Origin: Octopus vulgaris
Lineage: Eukaryota
Direction: 5' to 3'
Assembly: GCA_951406725.2 (NCBI GenBank)
Contig: OX597815.1
Location: forward strand, 80,662,001 to 80,726,000
DNA length: 64,000 bases
Under the pieces are notes generated by a model, which was given only the letters and a program-made list of their open reading frames with translations, was not told where the DNA came from and did no database searches. A program made the position numbers and the translations under genes. Shown one piece after another: positions 51,261 through 64,000 of the stretch (position 1 is the stretch's first letter; each line of letters begins with the position of its first letter).

Positions 51261-52426
51261 TGCTGTAATAGTAATAATAATAGAGATGGGAGATGATGCT
51301 CTTGGGATTTACAGTGTGTCGTCTTTCAACTCAGTAATGCAGCGCTTATTTAATTTGGGGTTTTTACGAATTGTTTGCAACAATCTCTTACCTTTGCAGA
51401 TAGTGAATAATATAAGAAATACGAACAATATAACATGTATGTTGCATTATATAGTATAACATGTACATTTGAATACATTAACACAAAAGTGCATGGGCCT
51501 AAATCGTATTAGCATATATCTACATCTGTAACTACACAACAACACATATAGAGTAAAATTTGTGAAACAAAACCTGCGTGAACGTCTGTCGAAGGCAGCA
51601 GCATTTCTGTTCGTAGATGGTAGACTTAATCTGTCAATCCGTTACACATTATAACATGGCTTTTAAGTGCTTTTTAATAAAGTCGACAGATTCGGGCCAG
51701 GTCTCCGATCAGGGAATAATTTCCTCCTTACCTCAAATCGTTTTCAAAGGCCATGGAATATGTATGAACCGGGCATTGCATTTTCTATGTCGGACTAAGC
51801 AATAAAAATATATACATAAGCATATAGACGCAGATATTCATTAGTGTATATATACATAAATCATATATTTATAGTAATATATACGTACATAATAAACGTC
51901 TACCTTTTAATGAGAATGAGTGTTTGTATGTGTGTGTGTGTGTGTAAGAGTGTGTGTGTACGTGTGTGTGTACATACGTGTATACCCGAGTACGCTACAC
52001 GTATTTGATTTTATTGAAGTGGTTGAATGACGGTTTTGTGTGCTCTCATTCCGAAGAGTTTGAACACTTCATTGAATGTGGATCATCCTTCAGTTGTCTA
52101 CGTAACACTACTTAACTCGCCAAATCACTTCAAATGACTCTGCGCTCAATTCAGACCCCTCTGTTTATTGACTGTACTGTCCTCAGTCACCTTACAGTTT
52201 AAATGTGTGCAAATGGGGGTGAGTTAAGAGGGGTCCCAGGACTTCAGAACGAACACGGTTGATTTTCTGTTTTTCCTTATATTTATATTTTCTTTGTATC
52301 TGTTTCGTAAACTGGGAACTGTTTGAGGGTCTATTTGTTGTAAAGAGAAGGGACTCCCACAATGCCGCAAATAAAATATTTACTTGGTTCGCTGTTTTAT
52401 TTGCCTTCTTCTTGTCTGGTTATCCG

Positions 52427-52460
<34 letters not shown>

Positions 52461-52735
52461 GCACACACATACATACATGCATACACACAAACGTATATAC
52501 ATATGCACACTCACACATATACACAGGTAAATATATTGGCATATATAAACGTGCTTATGTGTGTTTTACGTGCGTTTGTATGTATGGATTTACTATCAGC
52601 TTTCATTTCAAGGTAGTGTAATGAAGACCACACACTCACGCACGAGCACAATCACTTGTAGATACACACATACAAACACCCAGACACACGCTCGCACACA
52701 CACACATATATAAGCACAATATATACATACATACA

Positions 52736-52771
<36 letters not shown>

Positions 52772-52820
52772 TATATATACGTATACATATATGCATGCAT
52801 ATATATATATATAGAGAGAG

Positions 52821-52865
<45 letters not shown>

Positions 52866-53055
52866 CATACATACATACATACATACATACATACACACAC
52901 ACATACATACATACATACATACATACACACACACATACATACATACATACATACATACATACATACACACATACACACAACAGTAAAAGGCATAGATTTT
53001 CTTCCTCTGTTCGCAGATCCAAGGTGGCTATAAGAAAAAAGAGGTAGGAGGAACA

Positions 53056-53086
<31 letters not shown>

Positions 53087-53414
53087 AAGAAGAAGAAGAA
53101 GAAGAAGAAGAAGACGAAGACGAAGAAGGAGGAGGAGGAGAAGAAGAAGAAGAAGAAGCGAGTACATAAGTAGTATGGATAGAGGGGGCAGGTTAAGAAT
53201 GCAAATGTCCACAGTTGAAAGTCAATATGTATAGAAGTGTAGAAACTGATGAGTGCATGGTTATACATGTGTATATGCGTGTAAACCTATATGCATACAT
53301 ATATATACGTGTGTGTATAGGTGTGTGTATGCGTGAGTGTGTGTAAGAGGGAATGAGGGAGGGAGTGTGTGCGTGTGTGTAAGATCATAGACGAATATGT
53401 ACAAGTGTTAATGC

Positions 53415-53471
<57 letters not shown>

Positions 53472-53606
53472 ATTGCGTACACATTCGTGTGTTTGTATGT
53501 ATATATATGAATCTATTTATATATGTGATTACAACGAAGAAGTGTCTGTGGTTTAAGGTGAAGTATATCCGACAGAAAGAGAAATAGAAACTGATAGAAA
53601 GAAGGG

Positions 53607-53657
<51 letters not shown>

Positions 53658-53845
53658 AAAGAAAAGAAGGGGGAAGAATGTCATAGATAATAAATATGTT
53701 TAAGTATGAATGTGTTTGTGTAATTGCGTGTGTGGAGAACATGTAACTGAGTAGGTATGTATAGAAAAAAGAGCTATTAACAAAGGAAAAAATGTGGCGA
53801 TTTTTTTCCTCTGTCTTCCCTTCTCTGTATCTTTCCTTCTCCTAT

Positions 53846-53880
53846 GTTTCCGACGAAGAGCTCCGCTCGAAACGTTAAAC
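53846..53880 (+). ncRNA. minimal type I HHR (U4C) in a short PLE terminus ending at (TA)n
   Basis: gttt CCGACGA a gagc tcc gctc GAAA cg TT aaac. Confidence 0.7.
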
Positions 53881-53977
53881 CCTCCTTTTTTCCTTTTTTC
53901 CTGAGCGTCCAATAATGCTATATTTGTTCCACGTCCTCGCGTTGTTGTGTTTTTTTTGTGCTTTCTTGTTTGGATCA

Positions 53978-54047
<70 letters not shown>

Positions 54048-54307
54048 TTTGTGAGTGTTAGAAGGTAAATGTATGTATGTACGTGTGTGTATGTATGTTC
54101 GTATGATCATGTGTGATCGTCTGAATATGCTTGTGGTTTGCGCACTTCTGTTAGTGTGCGTTTATATTGCAGCTTCTGTCCTTTCGAAGGATACACATAC
54201 GTTAAGTATATCATATATATCATATTGGAAAGATTTTATTCTAGATCTGCTTGTAGTGCATAATTCAAATATACATACATGCATACATACACACGCAAGC
54301 ACGCATA

Positions 54308-54393
<86 letters not shown>

Positions 54394-54769
54394 TGTATGT
54401 ATGTATGTATGTGAAAGGAAAATAGCATAAGCCTAGAAGAGAGCAAAATAGTCAGTTTTATGCTATAATGATGACATAAACGAAAGTTAAACGTTCCGGA
54501 CAGTAGATCTTCGCTGAAAAAGAGAAAATACGTTTATTCGATTGATAATTTCCAACGCTATGCATTTATACATTTTAAGATATATTTCTGTCTGTAGCCA
54601 GTTAATCGAGTTTGCTCTCTATGAAATGTCATTCGTTATAAATAAATTCATTCAATTTTGTACTATATAATTTTGTCCCTATCAATACAGTGACGGAATA
54701 TTTGAATAACAGCAGATAAAGAGACTACATTCATTGAAATACGTTGACTACACTTGAATATTTACCTCT

Positions 54770-55167
54770 GCTCCTTCCTGTGGAAGAGCGTAGGCTCGAA
54801 ACGTTAAAAACTTTTTAACTTCATGAGCGTTAAAGAAATACATCTGTTTATTGTCTACACCACCTGTCTTCGTCTTTGTTTTTTTTGTGAATTCTCTCCA
54901 TATATTACGCGCTCACGTGGTCGAACCAGTTGATCCTGTCTCCTCACATTACCCAACGAACTTTTACACCTTCTACACTGGACTCTTCTACCTGTATTCT
55001 TGCCATGATTGATAGCTAGCCACTACGCATTCTTTATTTTCTCTCCTTGTTTCTTTCTGTGTTCCTTTCTGTGGAAACGTTAGACTTTTCCTACCCGAGC
55101 GATAAACTAATACATCTGTTTATTGTCTACACTACCTGTCTTCGTCTTCTGTTTTTTCGTGAATTCT

Positions 55168-55170
<3 letters not shown>
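54770..55170 (+). mobile_element. family E PLE termini in partial tandem with variant HHR
   Basis: CTGTGGA a gagc gtag gctc GAAA cgtt at 54778; tails 54810-54900 and 55085-55170 match 20045-20131. Confidence 0.7.
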
Positions 55171-55245
<75 letters not shown>

Positions 55246-55255
55246 ATAATTATTA

Positions 55256-55293
<38 letters not shown>

Positions 55294-55457
55294 TAAAGAA
55301 ATCATTTCTTATTATTATCTCCTTCTTACTGTTAAGATCTGCTTGTCTTTAAAGAATGAACGCTGTAGGTAACATTAGCATATGACTTCATTTATTAAAG
55401 TTTTAGCAACAAAATTCCAATGCCTTTTTTCTACATTTTCATACATTCAGTACCAAA

Positions 55458-55790
55458 GGCGCAGGAGTAGCTGTGTGGTAAGTAGCTTGCTCACCAACCA
55501 CATGGTTTTGGATTCAGTCCCAATGCGTGGCACCTTGAGCAAGTCTCTTCTACTATAGCCTCGAGCCGACCAAAGCCTTGTGAGTGGATTTGGCAGACAG
55601 AAACTGAAAGAAACCCGTAGTATATATATGTGTGTGTGTGTGTGTATGTGTGTGTATGTGTGTGTGTGTGCGTGTGTGTGTGTGTGTTTGTGTCTGTGTT
55701 TGCCCCCCCCCCCAACGTCGCTTGGCAACCGATGCTGTTGCTCCAGCATGTCCGCGGTCAAATGACTGAAACATGTAAAAGAATAAAAAA
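55458..55790 (+). mobile_element. SINE family A, tail partly deleted
   Basis: Homology to other A copies. Confidence 0.85.
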
Positions 55791-56089
55791 AAGAATACAT
55801 ACATACATACATACATACATACATACATACATACATACATACATACATACATGCATACAGAGTGCTACTGAACACTTAATGAAGACTTGGTACACCACTT
55901 TCTTCCTTAAGAGTGATAAAGAACAGACTGAGCCAGATAGCATTCACTACCAAAAAAGCACCTTTCAAGGTAAACAGCCTGCCCGTGTTGCTCTTTTTCC
56001 TCTCATTAAACTCACTATCATACCCTTTCACAAAGCATAGTGACTATAGAAATGGATCTTTTCTTTCTGGATGAGTTTGAAACTGTATG

Positions 56090-56327
56090 GGCCAAATATC
56101 GACCACATAAAGCGAAGCGTCGGCCTCTTGTGCCGAACCGCTAGGTTACGGTGACGCAAACACACCATCACTGGTTGCCAAGCAGTGGTGGTATGACAAA
56201 CGTGGACCCAAAGGCACACACAGATAGATACACACACACATTCGACAGGCTTCTTTCAGTTTCCGTCGGCCAGATTCACTCGCAAGGCTTTGGTTGGCCT
56301 GAGTCTATAATAGAAGACACTTGCCCA
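56090..56327 (-). mobile_element. SINE family A, partial
   Basis: Diverged reverse complement of A middle and tail. Confidence 0.7.
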
Positions 56328-56352
56328 TATAATACATACATATGCATGTATG

Positions 56353-56415
<63 letters not shown>

Positions 56416-56786
56416 TCTTTTACGATAATATGGTGAATCAGGTCAGTTCAAACTGAATATATCTCCCTCATTGAACATTTACCAAAATGTAACCTTCTTG
56501 AACTTATAATTTTCTGTGTATATATATACAGATACAATACCAACATTCCTCTGAACTTTTTAATAATTCTTTCTGTAAACCGTTTTAACATTATCTTATT
56601 ATTATCAAAGAATGTATATATGTATTGTACCCAATATTTTAATGAACTTGTCAAATTTTTTTATATTTTCCCAAGATTTTCCCTTGTAAACTGTTTTTGA
56701 CATGTTCTTATTATTATCAAAGAATGTATATATGTATTGTAATGTTTTGCGACAACCAGTACCTAACACAACAAAGCTTTTACATG

Positions 56787-56831
56787 TTACTTTTGACAAT
56801 CTTTTTCTAAAAAGTGAAACCGGTCAAGTAA
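56787..56831 (+). ncRNA. decayed type I HHR in a (TA)n-flanked insert (56415-56912)
   Basis: ttactt TTGACAA t ctttt tcta aaaag t GAAA ccgg TC aagtaa; perfect 6-bp stem I, core differs from CTGACGA by two transitions. Confidence 0.6.
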
Positions 56832-56912
56832 ATAAACATCTTTTAAAATTGCTGTTTCAAACCTTCTTTCATATATAATTCCACTCGTGTGGTACCTTAC
56901 AACTCCACTTTG

Positions 56913-56964
<52 letters not shown>

Positions 56965-57277
56965 GAGTGGGCGCGCTTTGATGTCATCTCCTGCCGATGC
57001 TAAATTTGTCTTTCATTCCTTCAGAGTAACTAAATAAAGCTACAGAATCGAAGATGGTGATTGACTGCTAACATTCCAAGCGCTTTCGACGAGCTGTTAA
57101 GTGGAATGTGTTCCGAAACTTTGTGTTTTGTGTTGAAATTCCGTTCAAATACAGAGGAAGGGGCGATGATATTTACTTATCGGCCGATCCAGGAATCAGA
57201 CACTCTAGTTTATGACGATGAGCTCCTCACGCCTACATTCACACACGCACAAACACATAAGATATATATTTATATAC

Positions 57278-57665
57278 AGGAGTGGCTGTGTGGTAAGTAG
57301 CTTGCTTACCAACTAGATGGTTCCGGCTTCAGTTCCGTTGCGTGGCACCATGGGCAGGTGTCTTTCACTGTAGCCTGGGGCCGACCAAAGCATTATGAGT
57401 AGATTTGGTAGACGAAAACTGAAAGAAGCTTGTCATATATATATGTATGCCTGTGTATATATTTGTGTGTCTGTGTTTGTCCCCCACCCCAACATCGCTT
57501 GATAATCGATGCTGGTGTGGTTACTTCCCCGTAACTTAGCGGTTCGGCAAAAATGACCGATAGAATAAGTACTAGGCTTACAAAGAATAAGTTCTGAGAT
57601 TAATTTATTCGACTAAAAGCGGTGCTCCAGCATGGCCGCAGTCAAATGAGTGAAACAAATAAAAG
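57278..57665 (+). mobile_element. SINE family A
   Basis: Head, short repeat, tail. Confidence 0.88.
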
Positions 57666-57722
57666 AATATATACGTATGTGTGTAAGAGAGAGGGAGAGA
57701 GAGAGTGTGTGTGTGTGTGTGA

Positions 57723-57767
<45 letters not shown>

Positions 57768-57969
57768 TATGTGGTGTGAGTATCTTTGTGTTTGTATTCT
57801 TTACCACTACCGCTTGACAACCTGTGCTGGTTTGTTTATTTCCCTGTAACGTAGCGGTTCGGCAAAGGGAAATACCAAGTTTAAAAAAATTAGTACTGGA
57901 CTCGATTCGTTTGACTGAAGTTCTTCAAGGTACAGCTCCAGCATGGATGCGATCAAATATATTAAAGTT

Positions 57970-58315
57970 AAAAGGGGTAAAGACCCCCTTTGGTCACGAA
58001 TCACTATGGGATTGCACCTAGAAAGTTCCACTCCGAGGCACAGGTCCGGGCAAGATTGATTTTCTAGAAGACCAGCAGTCACCTGTGCATACCAGCCTCC
58101 TCTCTCCACACCACAGATGTTGTCCAAAAGAAAGGCAAAGGCCGATACAGTATGGCATCAGTGACGTCGCACATCATCTCTACAGCTGAATGAACTGAAG
58201 CAACGTGAAATAAAGTGACTTACTCAAGAACATAACACACAACCGCTCTTGATATCGAACTCGCAACTTCACGCTTGTAAGACCAATGCTCTAACCACTT
58301 AGCCATACGCCTTCA
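57970..58315 (-). mobile_element. SINE family B
   Basis: Homologous to the 38123 copy. Confidence 0.82.
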
Positions 58316-58879
58316 CATGAATATATGTATACATATACATACATACGTACACACACACACACATGCGCACACAGGCACACATATATAATATAGAGAGAGA
58401 GATTGAGAGAGAATTATATACATATATATATATACATGCTTATATACATACATGTGTGTGTGTGCGTGCATGTGTTTGTGTGTGGTGGGAAGGTAATCTG
58501 TTTGACGCCATGTAAACCAGGAAGCGACTCTTGCCTACAGCTGAAATTCGTTCTTTTTAGCATGAGAGATTCCAAGCCAGCTTGTCTTATCCAGCTCGCT
58601 GGTTTAAAGATGTAAGGAATCGGGTTTATTGATCCACTGCTGAAAGTAGCCCAAGGCCGAGCTAAAAGGGTGAATCAAGACAGATTCATGACGTGGTGGA
58701 CAAAGAGGTAATATTCATAATAGTGGTAGTGGTAGGAGTATTCGTAAAGGAAGTTAGCTGTCCTTAAATGTGATGACCTTCAGACCTGTAATATATACGC
58801 GTGTTCACGCGTATATACAGATAGACACACACGCACACACACATACATACATACATATATATATATACATATATATGTA

Positions 58880-58940
<61 letters not shown>

Positions 58941-58991
58941 AGACAGATAGGTACATACATAAATACCTGCATGCATACATACATACATACA

Positions 58992-59025
<34 letters not shown>

Positions 59026-59075
59026 AACACGTAGTACGTGATTCTTCACACACAAAGACGCACGTACACCTACAA

Positions 59076-59144
<69 letters not shown>

Positions 59145-59531
59145 TATATACGTCAATGCAGTTGTATGTATATATCTGCAAGTGTGTGAATGTTCACGTA
59201 GGTTTGCATTATATGCACACAATTCCAAATAAACATTCCTTGTGATCATTTCGAATATACATGCTCGCTACAGGACAAATATTCACACACACACACACGC
59301 ACATACACACACACACACACACACAAACACACGCACAAACGACTGTAAGCTCAACTGTTCACACATGTGCTTAAAGCCTCATTGAGATGTACAATTGCAT
59401 TTACAACACACACACACATTCATGGACATACGTAGACGCATCTCCATAAATACTCATAGATAATCATACATTGACCAACAGACGTACAATCATAAATTCA
59501 CTTACATACACACACACACACACACACACAT

Positions 59532-59581
<50 letters not shown>

Positions 59582-59913
59582 ACAGAAGCGTTCATTTGTT
59601 CCCGTCTTCACTTTCATTTTATCATACGTTTCATTCTCTTACAATTTCTCTCTCTCCCTCTCTCTCTCTTCTCTCTCTCTCACACACACACATACACGCG
59701 CACTCACACACACATGCACACAAACACACACACTCACGCACACATACACTCACACATGCTCCTTTTCATTTTTACTGCTTTCTTTTCTCTACATCTCCGT
59801 TGTCACCCATTACTTCTCTCTTTTCAATGCTCTCTCTCTCTCTCTTTCTCACCCTTTTCTTTCTCTCTCTTTCTCACCCTTTTTCTTTCTCTCTCTTTCC
59901 CATCCTTTTTCTT

Positions 59914-59955
<42 letters not shown>

Positions 59956-61181
59956 GCACTCACACACACACATACACCCTCACGCTCTCTCTTTCTCGTG
60001 AAGAGTTCAATCAGTAAGAATGGCCATTTGATTAAGTACTCCACGATATTATAGTCAATTTTCTAGCCATAGATGCGCTATGTTATAGAAACTTATATAG
60101 AACCCATGGGGGAAAGAATTCAGAACTGATTTTGTTACAGTAGGCGTTTAATGAACAAGAATTCACAATATTAGACAATACTGTTTAATTTTTCATATCA
60201 AAACATTTTCCTTAAGGCACGTACTGATATCCAGTTATGTTCATATAATACCGTACTGAACTTGATTATTTCACTTAATCTATTATAAAAGTTGATACTT
60301 AAAGCATTTTCCCCTAACTCTGCCTTTCTTCGCATCTTCCGGATTATGTCCTTGTACAAAAAGAACAGCACTCCGAATGAAAAAGCTGAGAGAGAAGTGC
60401 ATTCTCTACTTCCGTACTACACTGCATGCAGATTAATACTGTAGTTGGTATGTTCCTTAAAATTTTACACTAGGAAGCTTTGCATCTCAGTCTAATATAT
60501 CGGGAAGTCCTCTTAACGAAACGAGAAACTTCTGTCCACATGTATGACATTCATTTGTGACGTTGTTGATGGTGACGTTGTTGATGGTAAGGGCCTTCAA
60601 ATTAAGCATGTTGATATTCTTCAAACTCTCTTGCTCTTCTTGCCTTGACCCAGCAAAACACGGTGGATATGACAGCTGGAGTAAGAAAGGCTTGCCCAAA
60701 CATTTCTTTGGTACTCATTTTCAGCTGGAAAGAGTGGAGCAATATGAAATGAAAATACTTCTTTTCGGGTATAACATATCACTGGTCTAGAAATCAAACT
60801 CACTTCATGATCGTGAGTCCAACACCTTGGACCATGCGCGCGTGCACAATTACAGATGTATATAAATACTTACACACATCACACGCGCGAGCCATACTCA
60901 TATATATATATATATATATACACACATTCAGGTATTTATACATACATGTGCACTATCGGGGAATGTTCCAAACGTTTTGAGTCCGAGTGAACCTTTTCTC
61001 AGCGATCCCAAATTATAGTTTTCTTTTATTGCCTTTTCTTGTAGAATGTATTGATGGTTAGAGGTGTTGGAATGATTGAAGCCAGAGACTTTATAGATGA
61101 TAGGAAAGCTTGGAGAGTGTTTGTGGACGGATGAATGAACTGATGTTGCTCAAACGGATACGGAACGAGTATGATTCGGCG

Positions 61182-61401
61182 GAACTAAACAGTTTGAAAC
61201 TTCGGATACTGATCGAATGTGTCACGTAGAACACGATTTACTCTTAATGTTTTTGACAAAATTTGTATTTTAGAAGTTATTTCGTGTTAAAGTTGTATTT
61301 GGATAAATTTAACCAATCAGTGACATGTATTCAGCTGAAGAAAGTTACTGCTGTTTGCGAAAGTAATGGAAGAGCAACAACTTCCGGGTCATCGAGTCAT
61401 G

Positions 61402-61444
<43 letters not shown>

Positions 61445-62250
61445 AGAAAAGTATAAAAGATAAGAACGGTAGGTGAGAAAAACAGAAAGTTCTTTTATAG
61501 TGAATACATACATATGTGTGTGCGTGTGTATTTTTTCCATCTTATCCAATGTGTCCGTTTGTTTATATAATAATGTTAGCGTGTGACATTGAGAGAGACT
61601 TGGCTGTTATTTCCAGCAAATTGTAGAGAGAAAGAGAGAGAGAGAGGGGGAGAAAGAAAAAAGAGAGAGAACGGAAAGAGTGGTGGTGTGTTGACGATCT
61701 GAACGACAGTTTATATAATCTTACACATTTTCTACCACTGCATATTAATTTATTAAACCCTCTCCTTTTCCTTGCTTCCATTCGGGCGTTTTATCAGCTT
61801 TACATTTGAAAGTGTGTGTGTATGTGATGGACAGCATGAACAGCTGTCGTCAACTTCGTCAATCCCCCTCCCTCCTTAAAGCTATATATTCCTCATACCC
61901 ACCTCCTTTTCCTATCCTCAGCGTTCTAAAAGTTTCATGTGTGTGTATGTATTGGTGTGTGTGTGTGTGTGTTTATACGTATACATGTGTATGTGTATTT
62001 ACGTACATATATGTATGCAGCGTCCAAAACAGATGACCCGATGACTCGGATGTTGTTGCTCTTCCATTACTTTCGCAAACAGCAGTAACTTTCTTCAGCT
62101 GAATACACATCATTGATTGGTTAAAATTACCTAAATATGACAAATTCAACACGAAATAACTTCTAAAATACAAAATTTTGTCAAAAACGTTAAGAGTAAA
62201 CCGTGTTCTACGTGACTCAACCAGTATCTTAAGTTTCAAACTGTTTAGTT
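61182..62250. mobile_element. foldback element with ~215-bp TIRs
   Basis: 61182-61400 is the diverged reverse complement of 62033-62250; non-coding interior. Confidence 0.85.
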
Positions 62251-62584
62251 AAAAAAAATAATTAAAAAATCTGTGACTGAGATTGAAAAGATCCGATTCA
62301 GCGGGGGTAAACCAGCATACGCTGTCGGGCCCCACTACTGATATCTGGGGTTGCGTTCTATGTCTTGACATGAGCATAGGACGGGGCTCGCCTCTTTGAG
62401 TTTGGAAATGAATGGAATGCCTGGTGTGTGTCTTGCTGTGGCTACCCACTCCTAAAAAATGGAGAATAGGCCTGGGTGTTAATATAATATTGTGTGTATG
62501 AATTGCTGTCACAGAATTTTAACATTATCATTACATTCCCTTGTTTTCTTGCAATATACATTTCAGAAGGAATTTTTAAAACAT

Positions 62585-63470
62585 CGGAGATTGTAGTATG
62601 ATGCAGTCATTGAATTTTTGACTTTAGGGAAGACTGTATCACAGACAGTCGATGATCCCATGTAAAATGTGATCCACCAGGACTGCCTCCATTTGCAACA
62701 ATCAAACGTTGGACCACTGAGTGTCGTTACAAGAGGATGCCTCTTGACTGCTAACTGCGATCAGAACAGACAGTGAGGGCGACAACTAGAAAAAAAATGC
62801 GCACGAGATTAATAACCGAAGTGGTGACTAATAACCGGAGTTGAGCCGTGGATCCATCAGTGCGATTACAAGCCGAAAGAACGACCCGAGCTGCAAAAGT
62901 GTAAAGATTTTCTGCTGCGCAAGAAATTCAGATTTCTGTCTGGGATATACAAGATAAGAAACACGGCCTTCTAAGATTCTGGGGATGTGCTGAATATGTA
63001 ACACACAAAGCAACGATCACAGGTGATTATAATGACGCGATTATTATTTGATGGTTAGGCGACTGCATTATAATAAAGCGTCATGGAAATTTGAATGCAC
63101 CTGTTTACGATGCTCGGGTGTTAAAGACTGTCATTCGTGAATATTTCATTGAATAGTTACTTCATTCAGCCTATTCATCAAACATTTTCCCCTGTCGTTT
63201 TCATGGGTTACCTAATTTGAATCTACCATTTGAGGGAGAGACAATTTTCCTGCGTTGAAGATCTTCATTCAGCCACAAAACAGTGGTTTTCTGAATAGGA
63301 CAATCAATTTTACCGAGATGACATTGAGTAGCCGTAAGACCGATACGTAAATATTGAAGTTAATAGTTACTTTGTTGAAACATATTTGTCGAAAAATTAA
63401 AATGAAACTATTCAATGTCTCCTGTCATGTCCGTAAATATGTTGGACTTGAAACTTGGAACAACCTTCGG
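62585..63470 (+). mobile_element. degraded mariner transposase with right TIR
   Basis: YDAVIEFL..FATIKRWTTE, HSAYSSNIFPCRFH (cf. HPPYSPDLAPCDF); end gaaacttggaacaaccttcg has a possible inverted partner at ~60957-60985. Confidence 0.7.
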
Positions 63471-63526
63471 GCATATATGTGCATACGCGCTTTTATGCGA
63501 GATAAATAGAGAGACAGACAGACAGA

Positions 63527-63564
<38 letters not shown>

Positions 63565-63898
63565 GAGAAAGAGGGAGACTTGATGTTTTCTCTTGCATAA
63601 AATTTACGTGTTCATTATGCGTGTGCAGAGGTTCTCTTATGTAAACATTACACACACACACATACACACACATATAGGCAGAGGCAATAAATACATACAT
63701 AAGCACATATATACATACATTCATGTATACATGTATATATATATATGTATATATATACGTATATGGATGCATATATGTATATACATATACATGCTTATAT
63801 ACATTCAAAAACATACACATATATATGTATATAGGTGTGTGTGTGTGTGTATACATATATATGTGTGTATGTGTGTGTATGCATGTATGTATAACTCA

Positions 63899-63931
<33 letters not shown>

Positions 63932-64000
63932 CATTATGAGTTATAAGAGTTTTATCTTGGCTATTGAATAATTGTCACATGTTATTTTACAGATAAATTC

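Noticed and set aside
56578-56740. ~60-bp direct repeat as a CRISPR-like array
   Set aside because: Only two copies inside a (TA)n-flanked insert; eukaryotic context with no cas genes

Overview
AT-rich, microsatellite-saturated eukaryotic DNA. The SINE families and repeat landscape suggest a cephalopod (Octopus-like) genome; this is inference. No intact host gene is supported, and most ORF-track entries are translations of microsatellites. The window is a nest of transposable elements: one near-complete Penelope-like retroelement (PLE; RT plus GIY-YIG endonuclease, minus strand, ~8.8-12.4 kb), many truncated or inverted PLE ends sitting in (TA)n tracts, three tRNA-headed SINE families, Tc1, mariner, Tigger/pogo, hAT and RTE relics, a non-autonomous Helitron and foldback/MITE elements. 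Hand-folding shows about a dozen type I hammerhead ribozyme (HHR) motifs from several unrelated PLE-end families. Four have a fully canonical core. One family forms a coding-free 472-bp tandem-plus-inverted unit that resembles a retrozyme. The intact PLE has an upstream basic/RS-rich ORF overlapping the RT frame across a U-UUU-UUU heptamer, consistent with -1 frameshifting or with splicing. All structures were read by eye; nothing was computed or searched.
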